The translations under genes were made by a program, and so were the position numbers. The notes beneath the pieces are model-generated. The model saw only the letters and a list, made by a program, of their open reading frames with translations, ran no database searches and was not told the origin of the DNA. A DNA stretch of 64,000 nt from an uncultured Gammaproteobacteria bacterium (GTDB taxonomy: Bacteria > Pseudomonadota > Gammaproteobacteria > JABCZS01). The stretch is from the NCBI GenBank assembly GCA_963848305.1, contig CAWKDC010000003.1:179007-243006 (forward strand), read 5' to 3'. Below, in pieces: positions 9,084-19,871 of this stretch; the first letter of the stretch is position 1; the number at the start of each line of letters is the position of its first letter.

Positions 9084-11435
9084 ATGACAACACCAGATCC
9101 CCTGACAGCAATGACCCCTGCCCAGCGCTACGAAGCAGTAGGGCGACACTATGGAGATTCTGAGCACTCTACCGTTTTTCGGCGCCTTAGACATCAACGC
9201 AACCTGATCACAATGAGCGATGCACTTCACGTCACGCCTGATGCAGACTCAGACCAGCTGATAAGAATCAAAACTGCATTAAAAGATTTAACACAAATCC
9301 CGGGTTGGGCTACAAAATCATTCGAAGAACAGTGTCCCTTCATTCAAGACAGATTGGCTGCTTATGGCATTTATCTCTCACCCGGTCAAGTCGTGAATTA
9401 TTTCAAAGATCCAAATGACAGCACGAAATTAAACGCTCTATTGCTACAACCCTTAACAGTTCCCCCAGCTGCTTTAACAGCTGCCGACAATGCGCGTCAT
9501 AAATTGCTGTTTCAAATCTTGCATGATGCCATCGTTGAAGATTTAAAAACAAAAGATCAAACCCTCAAGAACAAACCAGCCTCCACTGTGGCCAAACTCA
9601 ATGTCTGTCTGGAACGTGTGAAAAAAGCGCTTCAACAGATTAATGATGCCGACGGTACCCCAGCGCATCCTTATAAATCGTTGAATGATCTTTACCTCAT
9701 CCTCAAAACCACGACTGGGGATAAAGACAATCAAGCCAAAGAATGGGATGTGTTGTTTGCTGAGATGAAGCTAGATCAAAAGGGCAAGAACGTCGAACGT
9801 AACGCCTATGTCGCAGCAGAATATTATCGTCTGGCGGAGAACCATGGTTTGCGTGAATTGGGTGGCGATTCATTATTTGTCAAGCAAGCGGGCACGGAAC
9901 TGGGTGCTCCTGCTACCCTCCGTCGCGTGCATGATGCCAAGACGCGTCGAGGCGCTGATACCCTGCAATCCATTGAAGGGCATAAAAGGGTGATTTCTTA
10001 TGTCAATTTGCCGTACACGTCTGAAGTCCTGGCAAGGATCATCAATGAGTCTCTCACCCTGGATACTTTTGCGGCCGCAGAAAAAGGTATTGGCGGTAAG
10101 CCCAACCCCTTTTTCAAACTGCCTAAATTTAAAATTGGCGACAGCGATAAAATCTATATGTATGCTGTGAAATTGGACGGTGACGAATTAAAATGGTTCA
10201 AGCAAGAACTCGTTGAATCTGAGCCTAAAACAAACCCTCCCACTTATTCCAAACAAGGCAACCCTAGCTTGTTGAGTCAATCGCAGATAAGGTTGATCAA
10301 AAACGTTGATGGTTCCGCCATGGCAGAAGATTTTTTTGATCAAGTGCTCAAGGCGCAAGATGAACTGATCAAAGCCTACGATTTTAACGTGAAATCAGAT
10401 ACGGGCATGACCAATGCATCATTGGTCGGTGATGCTGAGCCCATGGTGTTTGAATTTTCAGATGCCAGATTGAGTTCTGCTGCTCCCGAACCTGCCCCTG
10501 CCCTTTCAGATGAAGACAAGCATGCACACCTTGCCGCTGTTTGGGGTGTGATGCTTGAGAAAGTGCTGAAGATCGAGGCCACAGAATTTGATGCGTTTCG
10601 AGATGCGGTTGTTGCATTGATTGACGGGGAAAATGTACGCATGGGCTCTCCTCCAGCGCCAGCCCTCCTTGACAGATTGTCGTCCGCAGTTGGGGATGAA
10701 CAGTCATTATTAGAAGAGATTGTTGAGAATATACGTAACGCTCTAAACGATGCAAAAGGTTCGCGCCTCATGCCTGCGGAAATAGCCATTTTGAATGCGC
10801 TCGTTGCTCAATATGACACATCCAGGCCTACTGACCGCGCTTCATTCAACACAATGCTGACGACAAACAATATTGAATTGGACAAGGCAGTTCCTCCAGG
10901 GCTAGAAAGAGCATTATTCAGAGCGCAGTCGCATCGTATTGCTGATCGTGAGCCCCTCACGCTATTCGGTCATGCCGAGGCTTCAGATGCCTTCCGTTTC
11001 AATGTGTTGACAAGCATGGGAAATGATTATCTTACTTATGGCTTCGCAAAATATGTCAATGCAGCTGGTACCAATCCCATTGTGATTGAAATCGATGGTC
11101 AACAATATGCTTTCAAGCCAACAGAAACAAGTGGGGGTAACAACAGTTATGCAGTGTATACATGGAATAGTGATGGCAGTGAGGGCGGTATTTATATCCC
11201 TGAGAACAAGGAAAAAGAACTAGCATTCCGCGCAGGTTTGGCGCAATGCCTATTGAAGAAGGCGAAAGAGGCGCTCCCGGCAACATCGACGGCTGAACGT
11301 GATGCACTGGACAAAGTAAAAATCCTCATGAGTGGCAAGAATGACAAGGGAGAGCCCTCGGTGGTGAGACATGAGTGGAATAAGCCACTCAGCGAAGCAG
11401 ACAAGACTTCAAGTAAGCTTAAACCTGGCAGCTAA
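9084..11435 (+). CDS. large hypothetical protein (~783 aa)
   Basis: long uninterrupted ORF, GAGG before ATG 9084; no family recognised. Confidence 0.75.
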   Translation: MTTPDPLTAMTPAQRYEAVGRHYGDSEHSTVFRRLRHQRNLITMSDALHVTPDADSDQLIRIKTALKDLTQIPGWATKSFEEQCPFIQDRLAAYGIYLSPGQVVNYFKDPNDSTKLNALLLQPLTVPPAALTAADNARHKLLFQILHDAIVEDLKTKDQTLKNKPASTVAKLNVCLERVKKALQQINDADGTPAHPYKSLNDLYLILKTTTGDKDNQAKEWDVLFAEMKLDQKGKNVERNAYVAAEYYRLAENHGLRELGGDSLFVKQAGTELGAPATLRRVHDAKTRRGADTLQSIEGHKRVISYVNLPYTSEVLARIINESLTLDTFAAAEKGIGGKPNPFFKLPKFKIGDSDKIYMYAVKLDGDELKWFKQELVESEPKTNPPTYSKQGNPSLLSQSQIRLIKNVDGSAMAEDFFDQVLKAQDELIKAYDFNVKSDTGMTNASLVGDAEPMVFEFSDARLSSAAPEPAPALSDEDKHAHLAAVWGVMLEKVLKIEATEFDAFRDAVVALIDGENVRMGSPPAPALLDRLSSAVGDEQSLLEEIVENIRNALNDAKGSRLMPAEIAILNALVAQYDTSRPTDRASFNTMLTTNNIELDKAVPPGLERALFRAQSHRIADREPLTLFGHAEASDAFRFNVLTSMGNDYLTYGFAKYVNAAGTNPIVIEIDGQQYAFKPTETSGGNNSYAVYTWNSDGSEGGIYIPENKEKELAFRAGLAQCLLKKAKEALPATSTAERDALDKVKILMSGKNDKGEPSVVRHEWNKPLSEADKTSSKLKPGS

Positions 11436-12273
11436 TAGCACATACATTGCCACACTGATCGTCAATCCCAGCACCGCATTGCCTTTAAAAAATGCCAGCG
11501 GTGAACGGGTGATCCATTGTTTCAATACCCATGGGTATAAAACGAAACACAGTATTGCGCCTATCAACCCCGCATAAAGGGTGGAAGTATGTGCCCCGGC
11601 AATCCCTAATAATACAAAGAAACCTGCATATCCTACACATAATGCAATATCCAGATATCGTCCCAAACTCAATGCGCTCGAACGCAGACCAATGCGTTGA
11701 TCATCTTTTTGATCGGCCAATGCATACACGGTATCGTACGTGAAGTGTCCACACCACGCTCGCGAGATACAACGCAAAAGCGCGGGAAGACAATGCGCCC
11801 GCTTGCGCGAACACCATCAAGACACCCATGTTGAAAGTGATGCCCAATATTAATTGAGGATAAGCAAAAAAGCGTTTGGTGAGGGGATACAATACCGTTA
11901 ATGCAGCGGCGAACAGTGCTAAACAACGCGCAGGATTGTTCAGGAAAAACAGCAATCCCAATAAACACACAGTTAAGATCAATAAAGCGCCATATGCCTC
12001 AGTCACTGACACTGCACCTGTGACGAGTGGCCGTTGTTTCGTGCGTTCAACATGCCCATCAAACCCTCGATCACACAGATCATTGATGATGCAACCCGCA
12101 GCGCGCGTCAACACCACACCAAGTGTGAATACGATGACCATCAAAATGGGGGGATGGCCTTGATACGCTAAGAGCAATGCCCATGACACAGGAAAAAATA
12201 ATAAGAGCGTGCCGATCGGTTTATCAAACCGCATGAGTTGCCAATATGCGATGAATTTAGGTTGGGTCAGCAT
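11409..12273 (-). CDS. ubiA: 4-hydroxybenzoate octaprenyltransferase, one frameshift near 11745
   Basis: LMRFDKPIGTLLL, AGCIIND..DR.FD.HVERT..RPL in one frame; YDT.YA..D..DD..IG..S in the next. Confidence 0.9.
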
Positions 12274-12700
12274 GCAAAAAAATCTCCACGATAGATATTC
12301 GTTCACCTTCAACGTCGTACACCCTTTCGCGTGCGGGAGTAATGGGCGGGAAGGGCAGGGGCGGTAATGTCAATGTAAGCGTATTCAGATCGCGCAAATT
12401 AAAACTGATTGCCTCGTGATGCGTCTGTTGAAACAACCAATCTCCCAATGGCTGATCACCCAGCGTGGCCAACCCAGGCAGACGCTTGTAGCTCTCGCTG
12501 CTCATGCGTGTTCGGGCAAAGACAATGGGCACGTCATCCCCCAGCATCAAGACTTCCCTGACCCAATCACCGTTTTGATGGGTTTCAGACAAACGCTGAA
12601 TTTGGACAGATGAGTAAGATTGACGCAGGGCCGCGGTTAAAGATCCTTCTACGGCCAGGAGTGCTTGAATCTTGGGCGCAAGAGTGCCATCATGCGTCAT
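12257..12700 (-). CDS. ubiC: chorismate pyruvate-lyase
   Basis: GSLT..L, WVREV.M.G...P.VFART, LGDQPLG..LF, VEIF; directly upstream of ubiA; start approximate. Confidence 0.85.
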   Translation of the reverse strand: MTHDGTLAPKIQALLAVEGSLTAALRQSYSSVQIQRLSETHQNGDWVREVLMLGDDVPIVFARTRMSSESYKRLPGLATLGDQPLGDWLFQQTHHEAISFNLRDLNTLTLTLPPLPFPPITPARERVYDVEGERISIVEIFLHADPT

Positions 12701-12720
12701 CGCAAGAGGAGAAGCGGGAC

Positions 12721-13677
12721 ATGGCATCACACAGTTCTTTGGCATTGTTGCGGGTACTCGCTGATGGAGAGTTTCATTCCGGGGCATCCCTGGCTGCCCA
12801 GTTTAACATGACTCGCGCAGGGGTTCATCACCATATTGATGTGTTACGTGGACAGGGCGTGCCTTTTGAAGGCGTTCCCAAAAAAGGGTACCGTATTCCA
12901 GGCGGTATGTCGTTATTGGATGAAGCGGGATTGGCTGAAAGCTTGCCCGGTATCGATATTCATTATCATGACACACTTCCTTCAACCCAAGACTACCTAC
13001 TGCCCATCGCCCGTCAAAAACCGACGCATCCGATATTATGTGTCACTGAATGTCAAACAAAAGGCCGTGGCCGAGGGAGCAAATCTTGGCACGCACCATT
13101 AGGCGCTGCGTTGTGTTTTTCGATCTGCGTGGTGATTAACAAACCCATGCAGGCGTTAAGTGGTTTCACGCTGGCACTGGGTGTGGCGTTGCGTGAATCG
13201 TTGGCTGAACTGGGCGCGACTGATTTGCAGTTAAAATGGCCGAATGATCTGTTCCATGCATCCGGCGCAAAACTCGCGGGAATTTTAACGGAAGCCTTCG
13301 GCGACATGGACGGTCCGACGCGCATGGTGATTGGCATTGGGTTGAATGTGAAAGTGCCCGCAGTGCATATGTCCATGCTCGATCAACCTTGGACTGATCT
13401 GCAATCGTGTATGACCGATTCGGTTTTATCACGTCAATCGCTGTTGATACACATCACACAGTCGTTATTGGCGGCATGTGATCGATATGAACGTGAAGGC
13501 TTTGAACCGTTTCGGTGTCTTTACAATCAGCATGATTATTTGAAAGGAAAAACGATTGGGTTTCAGGAGCAGGATGTATTGATGAAAGCAGTCGTTCAAG
13601 GCGTTGGCGAATCAGGCGAATTGTTGATTGATCGGCCGCCATTTAAGCTGATAGGAACAGCAGTCAAAGTAATCTAG
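12721..13677 (+). CDS. birA: bifunctional biotin ligase/repressor BirA
   Basis: N-terminal HTH (LADGEFHSG..LA), Q..GRGR, LKWPNDL, KLAGILTE, GIGLNV. Confidence 0.93.
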   Translation: MASHSSLALLRVLADGEFHSGASLAAQFNMTRAGVHHHIDVLRGQGVPFEGVPKKGYRIPGGMSLLDEAGLAESLPGIDIHYHDTLPSTQDYLLPIARQKPTHPILCVTECQTKGRGRGSKSWHAPLGAALCFSICVVINKPMQALSGFTLALGVALRESLAELGATDLQLKWPNDLFHASGAKLAGILTEAFGDMDGPTRMVIGIGLNVKVPAVHMSMLDQPWTDLQSCMTDSVLSRQSLLIHITQSLLAACDRYEREGFEPFRCLYNQHDYLKGKTIGFQEQDVLMKAVVQGVGESGELLIDRPPFKLIGTAVKVI

Positions 13678-13694
13678 TATAGGCGCTGGGGTTG

Positions 13695-14774
13695 TTACTT
13701 CGTACCAGCTTCTATCTTATTATATCGCACCGTCTCAATCTCCCCCCTCGACCACAACAACTTCGCCGATTGTTTAAACTCATTTCGGCACCGATACGCC
13801 TCATATGCTGTTGCCAACACAAATCCCATCAGAACCAACGTAACGCCTGCAGAGGGTTCAAAGCGCTCCATATCAGGACTCAAAAAATAAGTTTTATCGG
13901 GATTGTTTAAAATCATCGCGAACCCTGTGATCAACAGGGCGCTCGCGCTGATGTAGGGCAGTGCTGAAGGTTGATTGGGATCTATCTTTGGAAGATGGTT
14001 TTGTTTGTGCTGCATCCGCCTCTGTCCTTCAAACGACAATCGATCCAGCATCGTCACCGTAACCCATTCCGGCCATCGTGACAATGCCCGTGCCGACAGA
14101 CGGATCCCATCATTCAGAATAGGAATCATGTTGGATACAATCAATAAGAGAGCACCCAACATCAGCCCGCCCTCAACAGTGCGTGTCGGATCAAAAAAGA
14201 GAAACCATAACCCTATGGTCACGCCTGTCATCGTCACGCCATACATCAAATTTTTGACGGCTTTTTCTGGAGGTTGTTTTTGAACATCGGTTGTTTTGTG
14301 TTCATTGATAAAAATCTTCAAGAAATATCGCACAGCCGTGGGCGCCACAACACCCCATAAAAACAATTCTTGGCCGAGCGACAACCAATGTGCCAAGTCA
14401 AGCCCTAGTGGTGTGGGTGCCAGCGCAGCGTTTCCCAAGTGTTCGGCCAGCAATACGGTGCCCAAGATCAGCGCCAATGAGGCAGCAATATTGGCAATCA
14501 TTTTGAGTCCATAAAAGATTTTATTCAAGGTCTTTTTGTGGAAATAAAGACTGCCGAATCTGAAAACGATTCGTGCATCCTCTCGCTGTCTCTGTTTATC
14601 CGCAAAATACCACCAACATCGTCCAATATCGATCAGCGTGATGAATAAAAAGAAGAAATGGGCATATTCTCCCACAAACGGAGCCAGGGCTGCTAACGGC
14701 ACAAAGAAACGGAAAAAGGCAGTTTCTGACAGCCCGAGTACAGTTTTAATAGGTTTTAAATGCTCAACTGCCAT
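13695..14774 (-). CDS. hypothetical multi-pass membrane protein
   Basis: 359-aa ORF with about eight hydrophobic segments. Confidence 0.7.
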   Translation of the reverse strand: MAVEHLKPIKTVLGLSETAFFRFFVPLAALAPFVGEYAHFFFLFITLIDIGRCWWYFADKQRQREDARIVFRFGSLYFHKKTLNKIFYGLKMIANIAASLALILGTVLLAEHLGNAALAPTPLGLDLAHWLSLGQELFLWGVVAPTAVRYFLKIFINEHKTTDVQKQPPEKAVKNLMYGVTMTGVTIGLWFLFFDPTRTVEGGLMLGALLLIVSNMIPILNDGIRLSARALSRWPEWVTVTMLDRLSFEGQRRMQHKQNHLPKIDPNQPSALPYISASALLITGFAMILNNPDKTYFLSPDMERFEPSAGVTLVLMGFVLATAYEAYRCRNEFKQSAKLLWSRGEIETVRYNKIEAGTK

Positions 14775-14787
14775 TCATGGATTCCTG

Positions 14788-15274
14788 TTACTTCGTGATA
14801 ACGCCACATGCTATTCTTGCGCCGCCACCACCCAGTGGTTTGGGTGTGTCATGGTAGTTGTCCCCACCGGCGTGGATCATCAAGGCATGGCCACTGACAT
14901 CAGCCACTTTTAAGCGGGGAGAGAGAAGAGGGAGGGTCGCTTTGCCATCTGCATCCACGATGAGCACGGGCAAATCACCCAGGTGGCCGTTACCATAAGG
15001 GCCAGCATGAATGCCGGTGTGGGCTGGGTCAAGGTGTGCGCCAGCACCATTGGCATGCGTCCGCGCAAGAGGGCATGGCATGAATATGGAAGCCATGTAC
15101 GCCGGCGGGCAGCCCTGTTAACTGGGGGGTGATGAGGATGCCGCCGAGTGGGCTGTCTTCCATCGCCACTTGACCCATGGGCTTTCCGTTTTCAGCGCTG
15201 GCCAGATTGACAGTGACATGGTCAGCCAGTGCGATGGTAGGCAACAGTAGGGCGATCATCAGGGATTTTTGCAT
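14788..15274 (-). CDS. sodC: periplasmic Cu/Zn superoxide dismutase, one frameshift near 15050
   Basis: signal peptide, HGFHIH, then [40 protein letters not shown] in the other frame. Confidence 0.92.
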
Positions 15275-15319
15275 GAGTGGACTCCTTCCAATGGCCTTAA
15301 AGCATACCACTTTCACTGT

Positions 15320-16877
15320 TTATTGGCTAGCAGGAAGCACTGCATTGACCGCGGCCCTTGCATCTAATGCGTAGGTGTTTGTCGTGCATCCGCTTTCATT
15401 ACAATGATTATAGGTATCGGCCGATCCTTGCAAACTGTTCACGATACTATTAAATGTATAGCTTGTGCTGTTATGCTTTAAAACGCTTATCATATTGGCC
15501 ACGGCAGCAGTCACGTGGGGTGTGGCCATAGATGTGCCTTGGTAATACACCCAGGCGCTTTTGCCTCTTTGTGCAGGAGATTGAAATGCTTGAAGCGAAG
15601 ACCAAATGGTTGAGTAGACTTGACCATTGGGATTATAAATGGTGCTGTCTCCGCCTGATGCTGCAATGGTGGTTGGACCGAAAGTTACTGTAGAACGCGA
15701 GTTGGTTCGTTGGGCCTTTGGCTGCCACCGAAATGATATTTTCACAACCTGCAGGTGAGAAATCTGCAACACTGGAATCAGAGTTCCCGGCCGCGGCGAC
15801 CACGATGCCGCCTGCTGCAATCACGGCATTGATGGTTTGTTGAAAAACGGTATTGTGACAAGATTCTGCAGCACCCAAACTCATGTTCAATACTTGTGCA
15901 GGATATGCGTTGACGGGCACAGTTTGTTGGGGTGTACTGATATTAATTCCTACCGCCCACAACATCCCATTCACGACATCCGATAGATATCCACCGCATT
16001 TACCGAGTACGCGGACAGGCACTATTTTAGCGCCATATGCACCGCCCGACATATATAGCGGTGTTGATGAAGCGTACCCATTTCCAGCAATCAGGCCCGT
16101 GACATGTGAACCGTGCCAGCTGGAATTTTCTACCGGGCAACCACTGAAAAATCCCCTTGAGTTCCGAATATCAGATGGTGAGATAAAATCGCCTAAGTCT
16201 AACGCATTGGCTTGATAGTTAATAGCGGCTTTTTTAGTAGATGTAGACGCTGCACAACTGCCTGCGATTCGGCAATCTGAAATGATTTGATAACCGTATT
16301 GCGTGCCATCGGGTGTCAAAGGTTGTAGTGCAGTCACAATATTGGTGTTCGGTGTATAGCCCGTATCGATCACGGCAACAACCACGCCCTCTCCTGGTAT
16401 AAGGCTATTTTCATTGAGTAACTCCCAAGCATTCACGAAATTATCGCCACCCCAATTGGCTCCTGTTCTGGGGGGTGTATAACTTCCGATGGCATCCATA
16501 TCCCATTGTGCACGATTGATTTGGTTGACAGCAGTGGCCTGGGTTTGCAGCATGATATCTTCTGTAAAATAGACAACATCAGCGGATTGTTGTACTTGCT
16601 CAATAAATTGTGCTGTGTTTTCATGGGATAAGTTTTGATCCAGCACAATCACATGTGCACCAATGGCGAGTGGCCATAATTCTGTGGCATTAACAGTCCT
16701 GCCAGAGACTTGTGTTGCTGTTTGAGACAGTGTATCGATCCAGTCGAGGGGTAAAGAGGCCATCATGCCGTTTTGGGATTTTTGTGGTGAGGTGGTACTG
16801 ATGATAAAACGTTCAGCCGCAAATGCATGCGTTGCAAGCAAAGCACACAATAAAATTGGGCACAGTCTTGTCATCAT
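15320..16877 (-). CDS. secreted subtilisin-like S8 serine peptidase, one frameshift near 15690
   Basis: signal peptide; catalytic VAVIDTG, SSWHGSHV.G, GTSMATPHV (last motif in second frame); VRVLGKCGG. Confidence 0.9.
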
Positions 16878-17030
16878 AACCTCCATGTCTGTCAGTACCG
16901 AAAGTGTAGCATATTGCGATGTGGTGAGTGGGATCTTCGTTCCCTTATAGGGGCGTCTACATGGGAGGCTCTGTGCCTGATGCCTCTTCGAGGCTGAAAA
17001 GTCGCACATTATCATGACACAAGAACGCAG

Positions 17031-17380
17031 GATAGGATAAAATACCATGAGCGCTGAAGGCGCGAGAGAAAATGTCACGAGACTCGAAGAGCACCCCATT
17101 ATCATGAAACAAGGGCCCAGGCCGAAGGCCTGCAAGCAAATAGCCCAGGGTCAGGTGCGCAAAGCGCACCGCAACCCTGGGTTTAATAGGATAAAATATC
17201 ACGAGCGCTGAAGGCGCGAGAGAAAATGTCACGAGACTCGAAGAGCACCCCATTATCATGAAACAAGGGCCCAGGCCGAAGGCCTGCAAGTCAATAGCCC
17301 AGGGTTGCGGTGCGCAAAGCGCACCGCAACCCTGGGTTTGATAGGATAAAATATCACGAGCGCTGAAGGCGCGAGAGAAA
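17031..17380. repeat. tandem array (~2.3 units) of a ~154-bp multi-hairpin REP/BIME-like repeat
   Basis: ATAGGATAAAATA recurs at 17032, 17186, 17341; hairpins GGCC-GAA-GGCC, CCCAGGGTTGCGGTGCGC-AAA-GCGCACCGCAACCCTGGG, GCGC-TGAAG-GCGC. Confidence 0.9.
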
Positions 17381-17521
17381 TAAAAATTCAAGATATTAAT
17401 AACCGTTATTAAGTCAATTGTAATTTGATATTGCAGTGTGTTTCATCTTGTCTCACTGATTGCTGGATATGAAGAAGCCCCGTGAGCCCAATTAAAACAA
17501 CACGACGATAAGGATATAAAA

Positions 17522-18559
17522 ATGACCAAAGAATTATTCAACCTTCCAGTAGATTATACGGATTGGCTTATCAGTTTAAAGCAGCGCATCAGTGGTGCTC
17601 GTCAGCGAGCGGCGCTTGCAGCCAATCATGAACAAATCAAACTTTATTATGATATCGGAAAGGAAATTTTGGATCGCCAGAACCAGCAAGGATGGGGTGC
17701 TAGTGTCATTGATAGGCTTTCCTCCGATCTTCGTGCGGCTTTTCCTGAAATGAAGGGTCTGTCGCCAAGAAACTTGAACTATATGAAGAGGTTCGCTGAT
17801 GAATGCCCCAATCTTCTAATTTTGCAGCAATCTGCTGCAAAATTGCCCTGGTTCCATATTGTAACCCTTATCACCAAAGTAGCGGACCCTAAAGAGCGGG
17901 AATGGTATGCCATTCAGGCTACTCAGCAAGCCTGGCCCCGCGTAACCCTTGAGCTGCATATCAAAAACAATCTGTTTCAGCGTCAGGGTGCCGCCCCTAA
18001 TAATTTTAAACAGCATTTTTCTGAACCTCATGCGGATCTTGCTGCTCAAATTTTAAAGGATCCCTATCATTTCGATTTTCTGGGACTGGGAGATGAGGCC
18101 CACGAGCAAGACATTGAATCAGCACTGATCCGTCACATCACACGATTTTTGCTTGAACTGGGCGCAGGCTTCGCCTTTGTTGGCCGGCAATTTCGTTTGG
18201 AGGTGGAAGGCAGTGAGTTTTTCATTGATCTGCTGTTCTATCACACACGGCTCAAATGTTATGTGGTGGTTGAATTAAAGGCCACAGATTTCAAGCCAGA
18301 GCATGCAGGGCAGTTAAATTTTTACCTGGCTGCCGTCGACAATCAAGTCAAAGCACCTGACGACAAACCAACTATCGGCATATTGCTGTGTAAAACAAAA
18401 AAGCAATTGATCGCAGAATATGCTTTATCTGGTATTAAAAAGCCAATGGGAGTGGCTGAATATGAGCTTGTTCGAGCATTGCCTGATCCTCTTGATACCA
18501 ATTTGCCGAGCATCGAAGAGCTTGAAATGGCGCTTTCTCAAGACTTATCTGATGAATGA
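17522..18559 (+). CDS. YhcG/DUF1016 PD-(D/E)XK nuclease family protein
   Basis: GWG..VID.LS.DL, KDPY.FDFLG, FLLELGAGFAFVGRQ, IDLLFYH..L.CYVVVELK, GQLNFYL. Confidence 0.93.
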   Translation: MTKELFNLPVDYTDWLISLKQRISGARQRAALAANHEQIKLYYDIGKEILDRQNQQGWGASVIDRLSSDLRAAFPEMKGLSPRNLNYMKRFADECPNLLILQQSAAKLPWFHIVTLITKVADPKEREWYAIQATQQAWPRVTLELHIKNNLFQRQGAAPNNFKQHFSEPHADLAAQILKDPYHFDFLGLGDEAHEQDIESALIRHITRFLLELGAGFAFVGRQFRLEVEGSEFFIDLLFYHTRLKCYVVVELKATDFKPEHAGQLNFYLAAVDNQVKAPDDKPTIGILLCKTKKQLIAEYALSGIKKPMGVAEYELVRALPDPLDTNLPSIEELEMALSQDLSDE

Positions 18560-18704
18560 TACCATTATCAACTATTTGTTCATTTGCTTGAAGAAAGATC
18601 TAAATAGGCAGTTGTAGGGCGCATACTTGTGCCCGTGCGCCGATGGCGCGTGGGATATAATGCACTGCAAATGAACATGACAAATCGCCCCCTCACAATG
18701 CTCG

Positions 18705-19609
18705 CAGGCCGAAGGCCTGCAAGCAAATAGCCCAGGGTCAGGTGCGCAAAGCGCACCGCAACCCTGGGTTTGATAGGATAAAATATCACGAGCGCTGAAG
18801 GCGCGAGAGAAAATGTCACGAGACTCGAAGCGCACCCCATTATCATGAAACAAGGGCCCAGGCCAACGGCCTGCAAGCAAATAGCCCAGGGCCAGGTGCG
18901 CAAAGCGCACCGCAACCCTGGGTTTGATAGGATAAAATATCACGAGCGCTGAAGGCGCGAGAGAAAATGTCACGAGACTCGAAGCGCACCCCATTATCAT
19001 GAAACAAGGCCCAGGCCAACGGCCTGCAAGCAAATAGCCCAGGGTCAGGTGCGCAAAGCGCACCGCAACCCTGGGTTTAATAGGATAAAATATCACGAGC
19101 GCTGAAGGCGCGAGAGAAAATGTCACGAGACTCGAAGCGCACCCCATTATCATGAAACAAGGCCCCAGGCCAAAGGCCTGCAAGTCAATAGCCCAGGGTC
19201 AGGTGCGCAAAGCGCACCGCAACCCTGGGTTTGATAGGATAAAATATCACGAGCGCTGAGGGAGCGAGAGAAAATGTCACGCGCTTTCAGCGCTACCTTC
19301 AATCAACTGATCGTTACCTGGGGCGTTGCCCCAGGCTATTAACTCACAGGCCTTCGGCCTGATCGGGTTTTTAAAGGTCGGATGATGAAAATTTGGATTT
19401 CTTCAGACTCAAAGAGCACCCCATTATCATGAAACAAGGGCCCAGGCCAACGGCCTGCAAGCAAATAGCCCAGGGCCAGGTGCGCAAAGCGCACCGCAAC
19501 CCTGGGTTTAATAGGATAAAATGTCACGCGCTTTCAGCGCTACCTTCAATCAACTGATCGTTACCTGGGGCGTTGCCCCAGGCTATTAACTCACAGGCCT
19601 TCGGCCTGA
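18705..19609. repeat. second array of the ~154-bp repeat (4 tandem units plus 1) with two inverted partner elements
   Basis: units start near 18705, 18859, 19012, 19166, 19443; GCGCTTTCAGCGC...CCTGGGGCGTTGCCCCAGG...GGCCTTCGGCC occurs at ~19280-19360 and ~19528-19608. Confidence 0.9.
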
Positions 19610-19629
19610 GGAAGGATAATGCAATAAAT

Positions 19630-19673
19630 AGCTGGCAACAGGAATCGAACCCGTGACCTACTGATTACAAATC
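19630..19673 (-). repeat. att site: duplicated 3' half of tRNA-Thr
   Basis: AGCTGGCAACAGGAATCGAACCCGTGACCTACTGATTACAAATC identical to 28053-28096. Confidence 0.95.
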
Positions 19674-19871
19674 GGGCACGATACTTGTTTCATCAGTGTT
19701 CACCATGCTTCATATAATTACACAGTTTCATTCAAAAACCCCTATTTTGATAGTGTTATTCGTAGTAACATAGTGCAGGGCGTTTCATCTCGTTTCACTG
19801 ATTGCCACCTTCACAGAGGAACCCTATGAGGAACCCCAATATTTGTAATTAAACTAACGGAATAGAAGTTA

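Noticed and set aside
12610-12787. Long head-to-head overlap of birA and ubiC
   Set aside because: Family similarity begins near 12721 and 12700; the overlap comes from over-extended ORF calls
16957-19527. Minus-strand ORFs 16957-17391, 18572-19183, 18580-18915, 19339-19527 and the extended N-terminus of the protease ORF
   Set aside because: They are translations of the palindromic DNA repeat; the protease has a good signal peptide from 16877
17031-19609. CRISPR array with the PD-(D/E)XK gene as a Cas-like nuclease
   Set aside because: Units are ~154 bp and near-identical throughout, with no unique spacers and no cas genes
19630-19673. A second tRNA-Thr gene
   Set aside because: Only the 3' 44 nt are present; it is the att duplication
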